This document shows positions 1 to 12,105 of a stretch of DNA of 64,000 nt, in pieces. A model generated the notes under the pieces. It saw nothing but the letters and a program-made list of their open reading frames with translations. It made no database searches and was not told where the DNA came from. Source of the DNA: Octopus vulgaris (Eukaryota). The stretch is from contig OX597831.1 of the NCBI GenBank assembly GCA_951406725.2, positions 74,896,001-74,960,000 of the forward strand. Reading direction: 5' to 3'. Within the stretch, counting starts at the first letter, position 1, and every line of letters starts with the position of its first letter. A program made the position numbers and the translations under genes.

Positions 1-321
1 TTACATCTCGCTCCCTTTTTGTTTATTGTAGATCAGCTGGCTATAACAGGGAAGCTGAAGACTACCATCAAAAAGGAACTCTTGTGTGCCAAAGGCCTTC
101 TTCTTTGAGCTAAACTTGAGAAAGATTTAGAAAACACAGCCTAGAAATTAAAAAGCTCTTAAGTCAACTTGTCAAAAAACAGAAATATAATAGAATATAT
201 GCCACACCTGGAACCAGCCCTGGATTAGATCTAAGGTTTAGATTGGATTTTATTACCTATGTGAGTGTATGTGTGTGCATGTGTGTGTGTGTGTGTGTGT
301 GGGAGTGTGTATGTATACATA

Positions 322-357
<36 letters not shown>

Positions 358-358
<1 letters not shown>

Positions 359-581
359 TGGAGTAAACACATAAATGTGAAACAAGGTGGAAAAAAGTGT
401 ACTCAAGTACCAGTGGTAGAGTAATATGCTTTATTTAAAGCAGCAGAAAATTCAACAAAACCTGTTACTCTGAGTTTCCCGTTGCCGTTCATCGGACAGT
501 TCTAGCAAAAACTGTCCGATGAACAGCAACGGGAAACTCAGAGTAACAGGTTTTGTTGAATTTTCTGCTGCTTTAAATAAA

Positions 582-582
<1 letters not shown>
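358..582. mobile_element. Fold-back element (arms 429-501 / 510-582) with a hammerhead-like motif in each arm; probable Penelope-type pLTR remnant
   Basis: Near-perfect ~73 bp inverted repeat flanked by (TA)n. Minus arm reads CTGT-CCGATGA-ACG GCAA CGG-GAAA-CTCAGAG-TA-ACAG; the core is CCGATGA instead of CTGATGA. Confidence 0.65.
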
Positions 583-652
<70 letters not shown>

Positions 653-655
<3 letters not shown>

Positions 656-1120
656 TCATCATCATCATCATCGTTTAACGTCCGTTTTCCGCGCTAGCAT
701 GGGTTAGACGGTTCAACCAGAGTCTGGGAAGCAAGGGGCTGCACCAGGCTCCTGTCTGATCTGGCAGTGTTTCTACAGCTGGATGCCCTTCCTAATGCCA
801 ACCACTCCGTGAGTGTAGTGGGTGCTTTTTACATGCCACCTGCACAGGTGCCAGGGGAGTCCAGCATCGGCCATGATCGGTTGGTGCTTTTAACGCGCCA
901 CCGGCACAAAAGCCAGTAAAGGCGGCGCTGGCATCGGCCACGTTTGGATGATGCTTTTTATGTGCCACCGACACAGAAGCCAGTCAAGGTGGCCCTGGCA
1001 ACGGCCACGTTCGGATGGTGCTTTTTATGTGCCACCGGCACAGGAGCCAGTCGAGGCGGCGCTGGCAATGGCCACGTTCGGATGATGCTTTTTATGTGCC
1101 ACCGGCACAGGTATCACAAC
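653..1120 (-). mobile_element. 5'-truncated 3' tail of RTE LINE with ~59 bp tandem units
   Basis: Matches the sequence downstream of the RTE ORF stop at 39685-40570; ends in a (GAT)n tail. Confidence 0.85.
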
Positions 1121-1200
1121 TACTATATATATATATTTATATATATTTATATATATGTATGTATATACATATGTATATATATCTATATCTATCTATCTAT

Positions 1201-1254
<54 letters not shown>

Positions 1255-1270
1255 CTGTATGTATATATAT

Positions 1271-1553
1271 GGCGTCCCTACCTTCCTGAGCTAGTTTTCC
1301 ACCACATTTCTTAAAAATCGTGGTAGAGGCTATGGTCTTGGGACCACTCATGTCTAGAGACTGAGGTGGGGGTAAGCAAGGGCATGCTCTCCATAGAAAA
1401 TCCAGCTCCAAAAATGCCTGATGATTGCAAGGAAAAATGGGCACCAGCCAGCCCAAAGGTTGGGGTGGGCTGCACCTGCCTACCTCAGTTGTTATGGCAT
1501 TGAGACAGATCCAGCCACCCCCGTTAATGGGGACAAATCCCAGATGATGATGA
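1271..1553 (+). mobile_element. Short non-autonomous retroelement with RTE-like 3' hairpin and (GAT)n tail (second copy 4848-5131)
   Basis: Ends CCCC-GTTAAT-GGGG...GATGATGATGA; internal aagggcatgctctccatagaaaa resembles the aagggcatccagctgtagaaac motif of the RTE tails. Confidence 0.55.
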
Positions 1554-1626
1554 TATATATATGTATATATATATATATGTCACAGCTGCATCTTCGTTAC
1601 ATGAGAAAAGCCATTGCCAAGAAGAC

Positions 1627-1863
1627 TTACTGAAATGATTCATGATTGCTGCCATGTGATACCCTTATATGACTTTTAAGCCCGGTCAAGCTTTTACACA
1701 TCTTATTACATACTAAACAACTGTGCTGGCTGGCAGGAGAAACAGGTGCCACAATATGCACTCTCTTAACATGTCTTTTTAGGCCTCCAACTGAGAGGCA
1801 CACTCTTCCACATTTTACACACGTTCTGTTATAAATTTTAATAGCCACATCATTGTTTATCAT
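1627..1863 (-). CDS. Short ORF with two C2H2 zinc fingers (copy 1); probably the C-terminus of a truncated LINE rather than a host gene
   Basis: CVKC-x12-HVKRVH and CLVC-x12-HIRVSH; no TGEKP linker; followed by ~50 nt and then (TA)n. Confidence 0.5.
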   Translation of the reverse strand: MINNDVAIKIYNRTCVKCGRVCLSVGGLKRHVKRVHIVAPVSPASQHSCLVCNKMCKSLTGLKSHIRVSHGSNHESFQ

Positions 1864-2378
1864 GAGTCAATTTCTATCAAACATACATATACATACTTAC
1901 ATACCTGCAGTGTACCAGTAAATTACCAACAAATGACACCTAATGGTTGTTTTACCTTACAATAAATTCAGTACTATTGTACTCAGCCAATCCTGGTGTT
2001 CTACTTGTTGATAAGCCTAGAGTTTAAGGAATCCTGCAACTAATCAAAAACAGAAGTATAGTGTTTGAGTGATTGAGGCAAAGACCAGACTATACTGCTG
2101 TCCTGGAAGCAAACATGTAAGTTATGCAGAAAAGGTGTTGGTAGGAATACTATGCATTGTACTCAGTGTATGAGTTGCATTCAGAAGAGAAGCAGTGGGA
2201 TCAAAAGAAAACTGGTGGGGAAGAAGGATTTTGTATCCGATGCACAAGAGTAGTTCACAGAAAGACCGCAATTTGACCCTAACCCTACCAAACTCCATTT
2301 TGCGCTACATTTTCATTTGCCCCAGTGGTCTAATTTTCTTATAAATTAAGCATTTTTAAAATGTTATACCCTCTAGAT

Positions 2379-2669
2379 CAATGATTCTCAACCAAGGTCC
2401 ATATGGCCCTTTAGGGTCCATATGGACCTTTGGACTCCATATGGCCCTTGGGGTCCTTATAAGAGTTTGTTACTAAAATTTGTGTAATAAACTGGTTATA
2501 TTTCTACAGTTCACAAAATATTTGAATTTTTTAATAAAATTCCTAATAATATTTAATAATTAAAATACAGTAAAATTGTTTCTAATATACATCAGATGGC
2601 TTTGGAGGTGTTGTGGAGTAGAATAGGAATCAAAAAGGTCTACAGGCAAAAAATGGGCGAGAACCACTG
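2379..2669. mobile_element. hAT (Charlie-like) MITE, copy 1
   Basis: Ends CAATGATTCTCAACC ... GGGCGAGAACCACTG; 8 bp TSD ctctagat / ctccagat. Confidence 0.85.
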
Positions 2670-2929
2670 CTCCAGATGTATAGCATGGGGGGGGGATCCC
2701 TGGTGTCTCCTGCAGTGCAGAATGAATGTCATCATTCTGTTACCATGGGAACCACTGGTAACATACATGTTAAAGAGTGTTAGAATATCTGTTATAAAGG
2801 CGCAGGAGTGGTTGTGTGGTAAGAAGTTTGCTTAGCAACCACATGGTTCCAGGTTCGGTCCCAGTGCATGGAACCTTGGACAAGTGCCTTCTGCGCTCCA
2901 CTAACACGGATGCCAGCCATTGGTTTTGA

Positions 2930-4615
2930 TTTCGATTTCACTTACCTCAACAGGTCTTCGTAAGCAGAGTTTAGTGTGCAATGAAGGAAAGGTACACCTA
3001 AGTGGACTGGTTCCACCCCTGGCAAAGGCCACAAGGTTATGGTCTCACTTAGCTTGCCGAGTCTTCTCAAGCACAGCATATTTCCAAAGGTCCTGGTCAC
3101 TAGGCATTGCCTCGGTGAGGCCCAATGTTCGAAGGTCATGCTTCACCACCTCATCCCAGGTCTTCCTGGATCTACCTCTTCCACAGGTTCCTTCAACTGC
3201 TAGGGTGTGGCACTTTTCACACAGCTGCAGTCGTCTCTCTTGGATACCACATCTGATGCTTCTTAGGTCTAACTTTTCCCTCAAGGTACTTACACTCTGT
3301 CGAGTATGCACACTGACATTACACATCCATCGGATCATATTCGCTTCATTCCTTGCGAGCTTATGCATGTCATCAGCAGTCATGGCCCATGTTTCACTGC
3401 CATGTAGCATGGCTGTTCGTACACATGCGTCATACAGTCTGCCTTTTACTCTGAGCGAGAAGCCCTTTGTCACCAGCAGAGATAAGAGCTCTCTGAACTT
3501 ATCCCAGGCTATTCTTATTCTAGCAGCTACACTTTCAGCGCACCCTCCCCTGCTACAGACTTGGTCACCTAGGTAACGGAAGCTATCAACTACTTCTAGT
3601 TTTTCTTTCTGGAATGTGACGGAAGTTGTTCTCTGCACATTTTCAGTGTTATTTATTGCTCCCGAGCATCTGCCACATATAAAAACTATCTTCCCAGTTA
3701 GCCTTAATTTAATATTGCTGCACCTCTTATGTGTCCATAGCATACACTGGGTACATATTACAGAGTTTCTACCTACGCCTTTTCTACAGATCGAGCAGGG
3801 CCATCTACCTGAAGGGATTTGTGGGTTGCCTGCCTTCCTACCTATTAGGGCTTTGGTTTTAGCTAGGTTGACTCTAAGGCCCTTCAATTTTAATCCTTGT
3901 TTCCACACTTGAAACTTCTTCTCTAGTTCTGATAGTGACTCAGCAATTAGAACAAGGTTGCCAGCATGGAGGAGCTCCCAGGGGCATCCTGTCTTGAATT
4001 CCTCCGTTATTGCTTGGAGGACTATGATAAATAGGAGGGGGCTTAGGACTAAACCTTGGTGGACCCCTACCTCTACCCGGAATTCTTCACTGCACTCGTT
4101 GCTAACCCTCACCTTACTGACAGTGTCCTTGTACATGGCTTGTACAGCTCTCACTAACCATTCATCTATCCCTAGTTTCCTCATTGACCACCAGATAAGG
4201 GATCAGGGGACCCTGTCAAAGGCTTTCTCCATGTCAACAAAAGCCAAGTACAGGGGTACTTGGATAGGTATTTCTCTTGCAGCTGCATTACCAGAAATAT
4301 AGCATCAGTGGTGCTTTTCCCTGGCACAAACCCAAACTGCATCTCATCCAAACTGACTCTCTCCCTAATTAATTGGGCTATGACCCTCTCTGTGACCTTC
4401 ATTACCTGATCCAATGGCTTGATACCTCTGTAATTATTTGTATCTAAAGCATCACCTTTACCTTTGTAGCAGTTGACTATTATGGTGCTACACCAGTCAT
4501 TGGGAATGACTCCTTCGTGTATCACCTGGTTAACTATATGGGTGACTAGGCTATAGCCGACACTGCAAGATATTTTGAGCATCTTTGCAGTAATTCCTGA
4601 CGGGCCAGGGGTCTT

Positions 4616-4620
<5 letters not shown>
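2930..4620 (-). mobile_element. RTE-clade LINE fragment, RT domain, 5'-truncated and frameshifted (copy 1)
   Basis: ORFs 4181-4690 and 3045-4184: NYRGI, QFGFVPGKSTTDAIF, GVHQGLVLSPLLF, FRYLG, C-terminal GRGRSRKTW. Catalytic YADD has decayed to HAGN. Confidence 0.95.
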
Positions 4621-4656
<36 letters not shown>

Positions 4657-5204
4657 CCGCTTGTACTATCTCATATCCCTCCCCCACCACTACACACTCA
4701 ATAACACTATAAAAATGGTCAAATTATATATATTTATATATATGTATGTATATACATATGTATATATATCTATATCTATCTATCTATCCATATATATATA
4801 TATATATATATATATGTGTATGTATGTCTGTATGTATGTATATATATGGCGTCCCTGCCTTCTTGGGCTAGTTTTCCACCACATTTCTTAAAAATCGTGG
4901 TAGAGGCTATGGTCTTGGGACCACTCATGTCTAGAGACTGAGGTGGGGGTAAGCAAGGGCATGCTCTCCATAGAAAATCCAGCTCCAAAAATGCCTGATG
5001 ATTGCAAGGAAAAATGGGCACCAGCCAGCCCCAAAGGTTGGGGTGGGCTGCACCTGCCTACCTCAGTTGTTATGGCATTGAGACAGATCTAGCCACCCCC
5101 GTTAATGGGGACGAATCCCAGATGATGATGATATATATATGTATATATATATATATGTCACAGCTGCATCTTCGTTACATGAGAAAAGCCATTGCCAAGA
5201 AGAC

Positions 5205-5441
5205 TTACTGAAATGATTCATGATTCTTGCCATGTGATGCCCTTATATGACTTTTAAGCCCGGTCAAGCTTTTACACATTTTATTACATACTAGACAACT
5301 GTGCTGGCTGGTAGGAGAAACAGGTGCCTCCATATGCACTCTCTTAACATGTCTTTTTAGGCCTCCAACTGAGAGGCACACCCTTCCACATTTTACACAC
5401 GTTCTGTTATAAATTTTAATAGCCACATCATTGTTTATCAT
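5205..5441 (-). CDS. Two-finger C2H2 ORF (copy 2)
   Basis: Duplicate of 1627-1863; all Cys/His ligands retained; 5 amino-acid differences. Confidence 0.5.
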   Translation of the reverse strand: MINNDVAIKIYNRTCVKCGRVCLSVGGLKRHVKRVHMEAPVSPTSQHSCLVCNKMCKSLTGLKSHIRASHGKNHESFQ

Positions 5442-5956
5442 GGGTCAATTTCTATCAAACATACATATACATACTTACATACCTGCAGTGTACCAGTAAA
5501 TTACCAACAAATGACGCCTAATTGTTGTTTTACCTTACAATAAATTCAGTACTATGGTACTCAGCCAATCCTGGTGTTCTACTTGTTGATAAGCCTAGAG
5601 TTTAAGGAATCCTGCAACTAATCAAAAACAGAAGTATAGTGTTTGAGTGATTGAGGCAAAGACCAGACTATACTGCTGTCCTGGAAGCAAACATGTAAGT
5701 TATGCAGAAAAGGTGTTGGTAGGATTACTATGCATTGTACTCAGTGTATGAGTTGCATTCAGAAGAGAAGCAGTGGGATCAAAAGAAAACTGGTGGGGAA
5801 GAAGGATTTTGTATCCGATGCACAAGAGTAGTTCACAGAAAGACCGCAATTTGACCCTAACCCTACCAAACTCCATTTTGCGCTACATTTTCATTTGCCC
5901 CAGTGGTCTAATTTTCTTATAAATTAAGCATTTTAAAAATTTTATACCCTCTAGAT

Positions 5957-6250
5957 CAATGATTCTCAACCAAGGTCCATATGGCCCTTTAGGGTCCATA
6001 TGGACCTTTGGACTCCATATGGCCCCTTGGGGTCCTTATAAGAGTTTGTTACTAAAATTTATGTGTGATAAACTGGTTATATTTCTACAGTTCACAAAAT
6101 ATTTGAATTTTTTAATAAAATTCCTAATAATATTTAATAATTAAAATACAGTAAAATTGTTTCTAATATACATCAGATGGCTTTGGAGGTGTTGTGGAGT
6201 AGAATAGGAATCAAAAAGGTCCACAGGCAAATAATGGGCGAGAACCACTG
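5957..6250. mobile_element. hAT (Charlie-like) MITE, copy 2
   Basis: Same TIRs and TSD as 2379-2669. Confidence 0.85.
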
Positions 6251-6511
6251 CTCCAGATGTATAGCATGGGGGGGGGGATCCCTGGTGTCTCCTGCAGTGC
6301 AGAATGAATGTCATCATTCTGTTACCATGGGAACCACTGGTAACATACATGTTAAAGAGTGTTAGAATATCTGTTATAAAGGTGCAGGAGTGGTTGTGTG
6401 GTAAGAAGTTTGCTTACCAACCACATGGTTCCAGGTTCGGTCCCAGTGCGTGGAAACTTGGACAAGTGCCTTCTGCGCTCCACTAACACGGATGCCAGCC
6501 ATTGAATTTGA

Positions 6512-8196
6512 TTTCGATTTCACTTACCTCAACAGGTCTTCGTAAGCAGAGTTTAGTGTGCAATGAAGGAAAGGTACACCTAAGTGGACTGGTTCCACCC
6601 CTGGCAAAGGCCACAAGGTTATGGTCTCACTTAGCTTGCCGAGTCTTCTCAAGCACAGCATATTTCCAAAGGTCCTGGTCACTAGGCATTGCCTCGGTGA
6701 GGCCCAATGTTCGAAGGTCATGCTTCACCACCTCATCCCAGGTCTTCCTGGATCTACCTCTTCCACAGGTTCCTTCAACTGCTAGGGTGTGGCACTTTTC
6801 ACACAGCTGCAGTCGTCTCTCTTGTATACCACATCTGATGCTTCTTAGGTCTAACTTTTCTCTCAAGGTACTTACACTCTGTCGAGTATGCACACTGACA
6901 TTACACATCCATCGGATCATATTCGCTTCATTCCTTGCGAGCTTATGCATGTCATCAGCAGTCATTGCCCATGTTTTCTCTGCCATGTAGCATGGCTGTT
7001 CGTACACATGCGTCATACAGTCTGCCTTTTACTCTGAGCGAGAGTCCCTTTGTCACCAGCAGAGATAAGAGCTCTCTGAACTTATCCCAGGCTATTCTTA
7101 TTCTAGCAGCTACACTTTCAGCGCACCCTCCCCTGCTACGGACTTGGTCACCTAGGTAACGGAAGCTATCAACTACTTCTAGTTTTTCTTTCTGGAATGT
7201 GACGGAAGTTGTTCTCTGCACATTTTCAGTGTTATTTATTGCTCTCGAGCATCTGCCACATATAAAAACTATCTTCCCAGTTAGCCTTAATTTAATATTG
7301 CTGCACCTCTTATGTGTCCATAGCATACACTGGGTACATATTACAGAGTTTCTACCTACGCCTTTTCTACAGATCGAGCAGGGCCATCTACCTGAAGGGA
7401 TTTGTGGGTTGCCTGCCTTCCTACCTATTAGGGCTTTGGTTTTAGCTAGGTTGACTCTAAGGCCCTTCAATTTTAATCCTTGTTTCCACACTTGAAACTT
7501 CTTCTCTAGTTCTGATAGTGACTCAGCAATTAGAAGAAGGTCGCCAGCATGGAGGAGCTCCCAGGGGCATCCTGTCTTGAATTCCTCCGTTATTGCTTGG
7601 AGGACTATGATAAATAGGAGGGGCTTAGGACTAAACCTTGGTGGACCCCTACCTCTACTCGGAATTCTTCACTGCACTCGTTGCTAACCCTCACCTTACT
7701 GACAGTGTCCTTGTACATGGCTTGTACAGCTCTCACTAACCATTCATCTATCCCTAGTTTCCTCATTGACCACCAGATAAGGGATCAGGGACCTTGTCAA
7801 AGGCTTTCTCCATGTCAACAAAAGCCAAGTACAGGGGTACTTGGATAGGTATTTCTCTTGCAGCTGCCTTACCAGAAATATAGCATCAGTGGTGCTTTTC
7901 CCTGGCACAAACCCAAACTGCATCTCATCCAAACTGACTCTCTCCCTAATTAATTAGGCTATGACCCTCTCTGTGACCTTCATTACCTGATCCAATGGCT
8001 TGATACCTCTGTAATTATTTGTATTTAAAGCATCACCTTTACTTTTGTAGCAGTTGACTATTATGGTGCTACACCAGTCATTGGGAATGACTCCTTCGTG
8101 TATCACCTGGTTAACTATATGGGTGACTAGGCTATAGCCGACACTGCAAGATATTTTGAGCATCTTTGCAGTAATTCCTGACGGGCCAGGGGTCTT

Positions 8197-8200
<4 letters not shown>
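6512..8200 (-). mobile_element. RTE-clade LINE fragment (copy 2, additional frameshifts)
   Basis: ORF pieces 7954-8235, 7744-7932, 6955-7491 and 6627-7016 match copy 1. Confidence 0.95.
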
Positions 8201-8235
<35 letters not shown>

Positions 8236-8497
8236 CCGCTTGTACTATCTCATATCCCTCCCCACCACTACACACTCAATAACACTATAAAAATGGTCAA
8301 ATTTTCCCCAAGAACTTACTTCAATTTAAAAACTCCACTAGAGTGGCCGAAAGTACTAATATATGATATATGATATATGATACATGATATATAAAAACAT
8401 GTAATATACAAATAAATATCTGTAAATATAAAACTATCCGAATTTCTGAGTACCTCATTTCTTCTAGTATAAAATACCTGTACATCATCTCCAAACC

Positions 8498-8545
<48 letters not shown>

Positions 8546-8614
8546 GTATATATACATATAACCCATGCATGCAGTCCCACCTATGCATGCATGGAAGATG
8601 GACTTTAAACGATG

Positions 8615-8653
<39 letters not shown>

Positions 8654-8859
8654 CCATGTTAGTTAGAAGTTGAAAAACCAACAAAGGGATAGTACCTATC
8701 CAATATACTGCTGGTAGTGTACCCAATTATTCATAGCTAAGTGCTCGTTATTGCATGGCAATCTCACAATTGAGTATTATATATGAGTGCGGGTAAAGAG
8801 TAGTTTACCCTTATTTCTCGTATATATACATATATATATAATATACACACACACATATA

Positions 8860-9008
8860 TACACGATGGGCCTCTTTCAGTTTCTGTCTACCACAAGGCT
8901 GTGGTCGACCCAAAGCTATAGTAGAAGACACTTGGCCAAAGTTTTCCGCAGTGGGACTGAACCCAGAACCATGTGTTTGGGAAGCAAGCTGCTTACCACA
9001 CATCCATG
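8860..9008 (-). mobile_element. tRNA-headed SINE family A, diverged 5' part
   Basis: Reverse complement matches tgtggtaag...ggttcagtcccact...caagtgtcttctactatagc of 11729-12105. Confidence 0.8.
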
Positions 9009-9451
9009 ACTGACTTAGTCATGAATATTTTTTCTACCGATTATATTTCATATCCTAATACATAAACCTTAATGGCTTCACTTTCACAAAAAGTATTTTA
9101 TGGATGTCAGCACTTCAATGACGAAGATGGCAATGACCTGAAAATCTCATCTCAGCTTCTGTTGATTGAAATTAAAACAAGCCTGAGAAATACAAAGAAA
9201 CATGTCTTCATTTCTACATTTCTTAAAAATCAAATTTTGTAATTTGAACCACAATAATGTGAGAATGTACAAAGTTTTTCATATACAGTGTTGCCCAGAA
9301 ATCCCCCGACAGTCAATCAAAATTCCATAAATGCTATCTTTAATTCTGTATTGACTCGAATGGGAAAACGTGTCGCTCAAGAAGGACTTCGGTTTGAACA
9401 ATCTTCATGAGGTTTCATATTTAGATGCTTTTATTAAATTCATTCAGTTCA

Positions 9452-9782
9452 TCATCACCATCATCATCATCATCGTTTAACATCCATTTTCCATGCTAGC
9501 ATGGGTTGGATAGTTCGATCAGGGTCTGGGAAGCCAGGAGGCTGCACCAAGCTCCAGTCTGATCTGGCAGTGTTTCTAAAGCTAGATGCCCTTCCTAACG
9601 CCAACCACTCCGTGAGTGTAGTGAGTGCACAGGTGCCAGAGGAGGCTGGCAGCAGCCACGATCGGTTGGTGCTTTTTACGTGCCACCAGCACAGAAGCCA
9701 GTCAGGGCGGCGCTGGCATCGGCCACATTCGGATGGTGCTTTTTACGTGCCACCAGCACAGGGATCACAACTACAATTTCCA
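9452..9782 (-). mobile_element. RTE 3' tail fragment
   Basis: Matches 39685-40460. Confidence 0.8.
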
Positions 9783-9894
9783 AACATAAATAAATCTTGG
9801 AATTAAATGGTTTTGATTTACTGTCAAGTGACTTCAGGCCAATGCTGTATGTATGTATGCATGTATGTATATATGTGTGTATATGAGAGTACAT

Positions 9895-10140
9895 GTGTAT
9901 CTTTGTTTCCATTTGTCTTGACATCACATGATAGTCGTAAATGAGAGTCACTGTCATACAAGCAGTGTTTGTTCATTATCGATATCCTGCAAAAATGTGT
10001 CTGGTAATGGGGTTAAATTTTACCTTGGTTGGAAACAGGTGAGAGTTGGTGACAGGAAGGGCATCCAGCCGCAGAAAATCTGCTTCAGTAACTTCCACTT
10101 AACACAGGCAGGTACGAAAACATAAATGTTAAATCATTGA
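9895..10140 (+). mobile_element. SINE-like 3' half with RTE-like tail (related minus-strand copy ~58480-58700)
   Basis: gacaggaagggcatccagccgcagaaaatctgc...gttaaatcattgataatgatg runs into the (GAT)n array. Confidence 0.6.
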
Positions 10141-10531
10141 TAATGATGATGATGATGAGGATAATGATGATGAAACAATGATGATGATGATGATGACAAT
10201 GATGACGATGATGATGATGCTGATAATGACGATGACGATGATGACGACGATGATGATGATGATGATGATGATGATGACGATGATGCTGATGATGATGATG
10301 ATGACGATGACGATGATGACGACGATGATGATGATGATGATGATGATGATGACGACGATGATGCTGATGATGATGATGATGACGATGACGATGATGATGA
10401 CGATGATGATGATGATGATGCTGATGATGATGATGATGATGACGACGACGACGATGATGATGATGATGATGCTGATGATGATGATGACGATGACGATGAT
10501 GATGATGATGATGATGATGACGATGACGATG

Positions 10532-10563
<32 letters not shown>

Positions 10564-10591
10564 GATGATGATGACGATGACGATGATGATG

Positions 10592-10622
<31 letters not shown>

Positions 10623-10866
10623 AGATGATGACGATGACGATGATGATAATGATGATGATGATGACGACGACGATGATGATGATGATGATGCTGATGATGA
10701 TGATGATGATGACAATGATGACGATGATGATGATGCTGATAGTGACAATGATGATCATGACGACGATGATGATGATGATGATGATGACGATGACGATGAT
10801 GATGACAATGATGATGATGATGATGATGATGATGACGATGATGATGATGATGATGATGACGATGAC

Positions 10867-10910
<44 letters not shown>

Positions 10911-10944
10911 CGATGATGATGATGATGATGATGATGACGATGAC

Positions 10945-10988
<44 letters not shown>

Positions 10989-11358
10989 CGATGATGATGA
11001 TGATGATGATGACGATGATGATGATGATGATGATGATGATGACGATGATGCTGATGACGATGCTGCTGATGATGATGGTGGTGATGACGATGGTGACGAT
11101 GATGATGATGATGATGCTGATGATGACGATGATGATGATGACGACGACGATGATGGTGATGATGATGATGATGACGACGATGATGATGATGATGATGATG
11201 ACGATGATGATGTTGATGATGATGATGGTGGTGATGATGATGGTGATGATGATGATGACGACGACGATGATGATGATGATGATGATGATGACGATGATGC
11301 TGATGATGATGATGATGGTGGTGATGATGATGGTGATGATGATGATGATGACGACGAC

Positions 11359-11390
<32 letters not shown>

Positions 11391-11430
11391 CGGCGATGAT
11401 GACAATGACGATGACGATAATGATAATAAG
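10135..11430. repeat. ~1.3 kb (GAT/GAC)n trinucleotide array
   Basis: Direct inspection; source of the poly-His/Met/Ser/Ile ORFs. Confidence 0.98.
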
Positions 11431-11728
11431 GAGGAGGAAGCGGAGGAGGATAATATGTGTGTGTGTGATGGTAGTTCAAGAGAGATTTTTTTTGCAATTT
11501 TTTTGCAATTTTTTGCTTAACAACCTGCTCGAATGATTTGGTTATAGTGATCAAATGCTTGAGCTGTACATTAGCTCACTGTAATATAACTATATACATA
11601 CATAAATAGATGCATATGTATATACACACATATATACACACACACATATAGTGTTATATATATATATATATATATATATACATACACACATATATATATA
11701 CATATATACATATATATATAAATATATA

Positions 11729-12105
11729 GGCGCAGGAGTGGCTGTGTGGTACGTAGCTTGTTTACCAACCACATGGTTCCAGGTTCAGTCCCACTGCATG
11801 GCACCTTGGGCAAGTGTCTTCTAATATAGCCTCGGGCCAACCAAAGCCTTGTGAGTGGATTTGGTAGACGGAAACTGAAAGAAGCCCGTTGTATATATAT
11901 GTATATATATGTATGTGCGTGTATGTTTGTGTGTCTGTGTTTGTCCCCCTAGCATTGCTTGACAACCGATGCTGGTGTGTTTATGTCCCCGTCACTCAGC
12001 GGTTCGACAAAAGAGACTGATAGCATAAGTACTGGGCTTACAAAAGAATAAGTCCCGGGTGCTCCAGCATGGCCGCAGTCAAAATGACTGAAACAAGTAA
12101 AAAGA
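11729..12105 (+). mobile_element. tRNA-headed SINE family A
   Basis: Head GGCGCAGGAGTGGCTGTGTGG (A box-like), GGTTCAGTCCC (B box-like), CORE-like gcaccttgggcaagtg, internal (TA/TG)n, tail ccagcatggccgcagtcaaaatgactgaaac. Confidence 0.9.

Larger units (their letters stand above)
1135..8303. repeat. Tandem segmental duplication, two ~3.58 kb units (~1135-4725 and ~4726-8303)
   Basis: Colinear and nearly identical, e.g. ggcgtccct at 1271 and 4848. Both units end aaaatggtcaaatt (4725 and 8303); the junction lies in (TA)n. Confidence 0.95.

Noticed and set aside
32-113. Exon after acceptor-like tttgtttattgtag
   Set aside because: Short frames end in stops and give no recognisable peptide.
2920-4302. 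Plus-strand ORFs over the RTE fragment
   Set aside because: Antisense shadows of the RT frame.
11729-11800. tRNA gene
   Set aside because: tRNA-like SINE head present in many diverged copies; no full cloverleaf or terminator.
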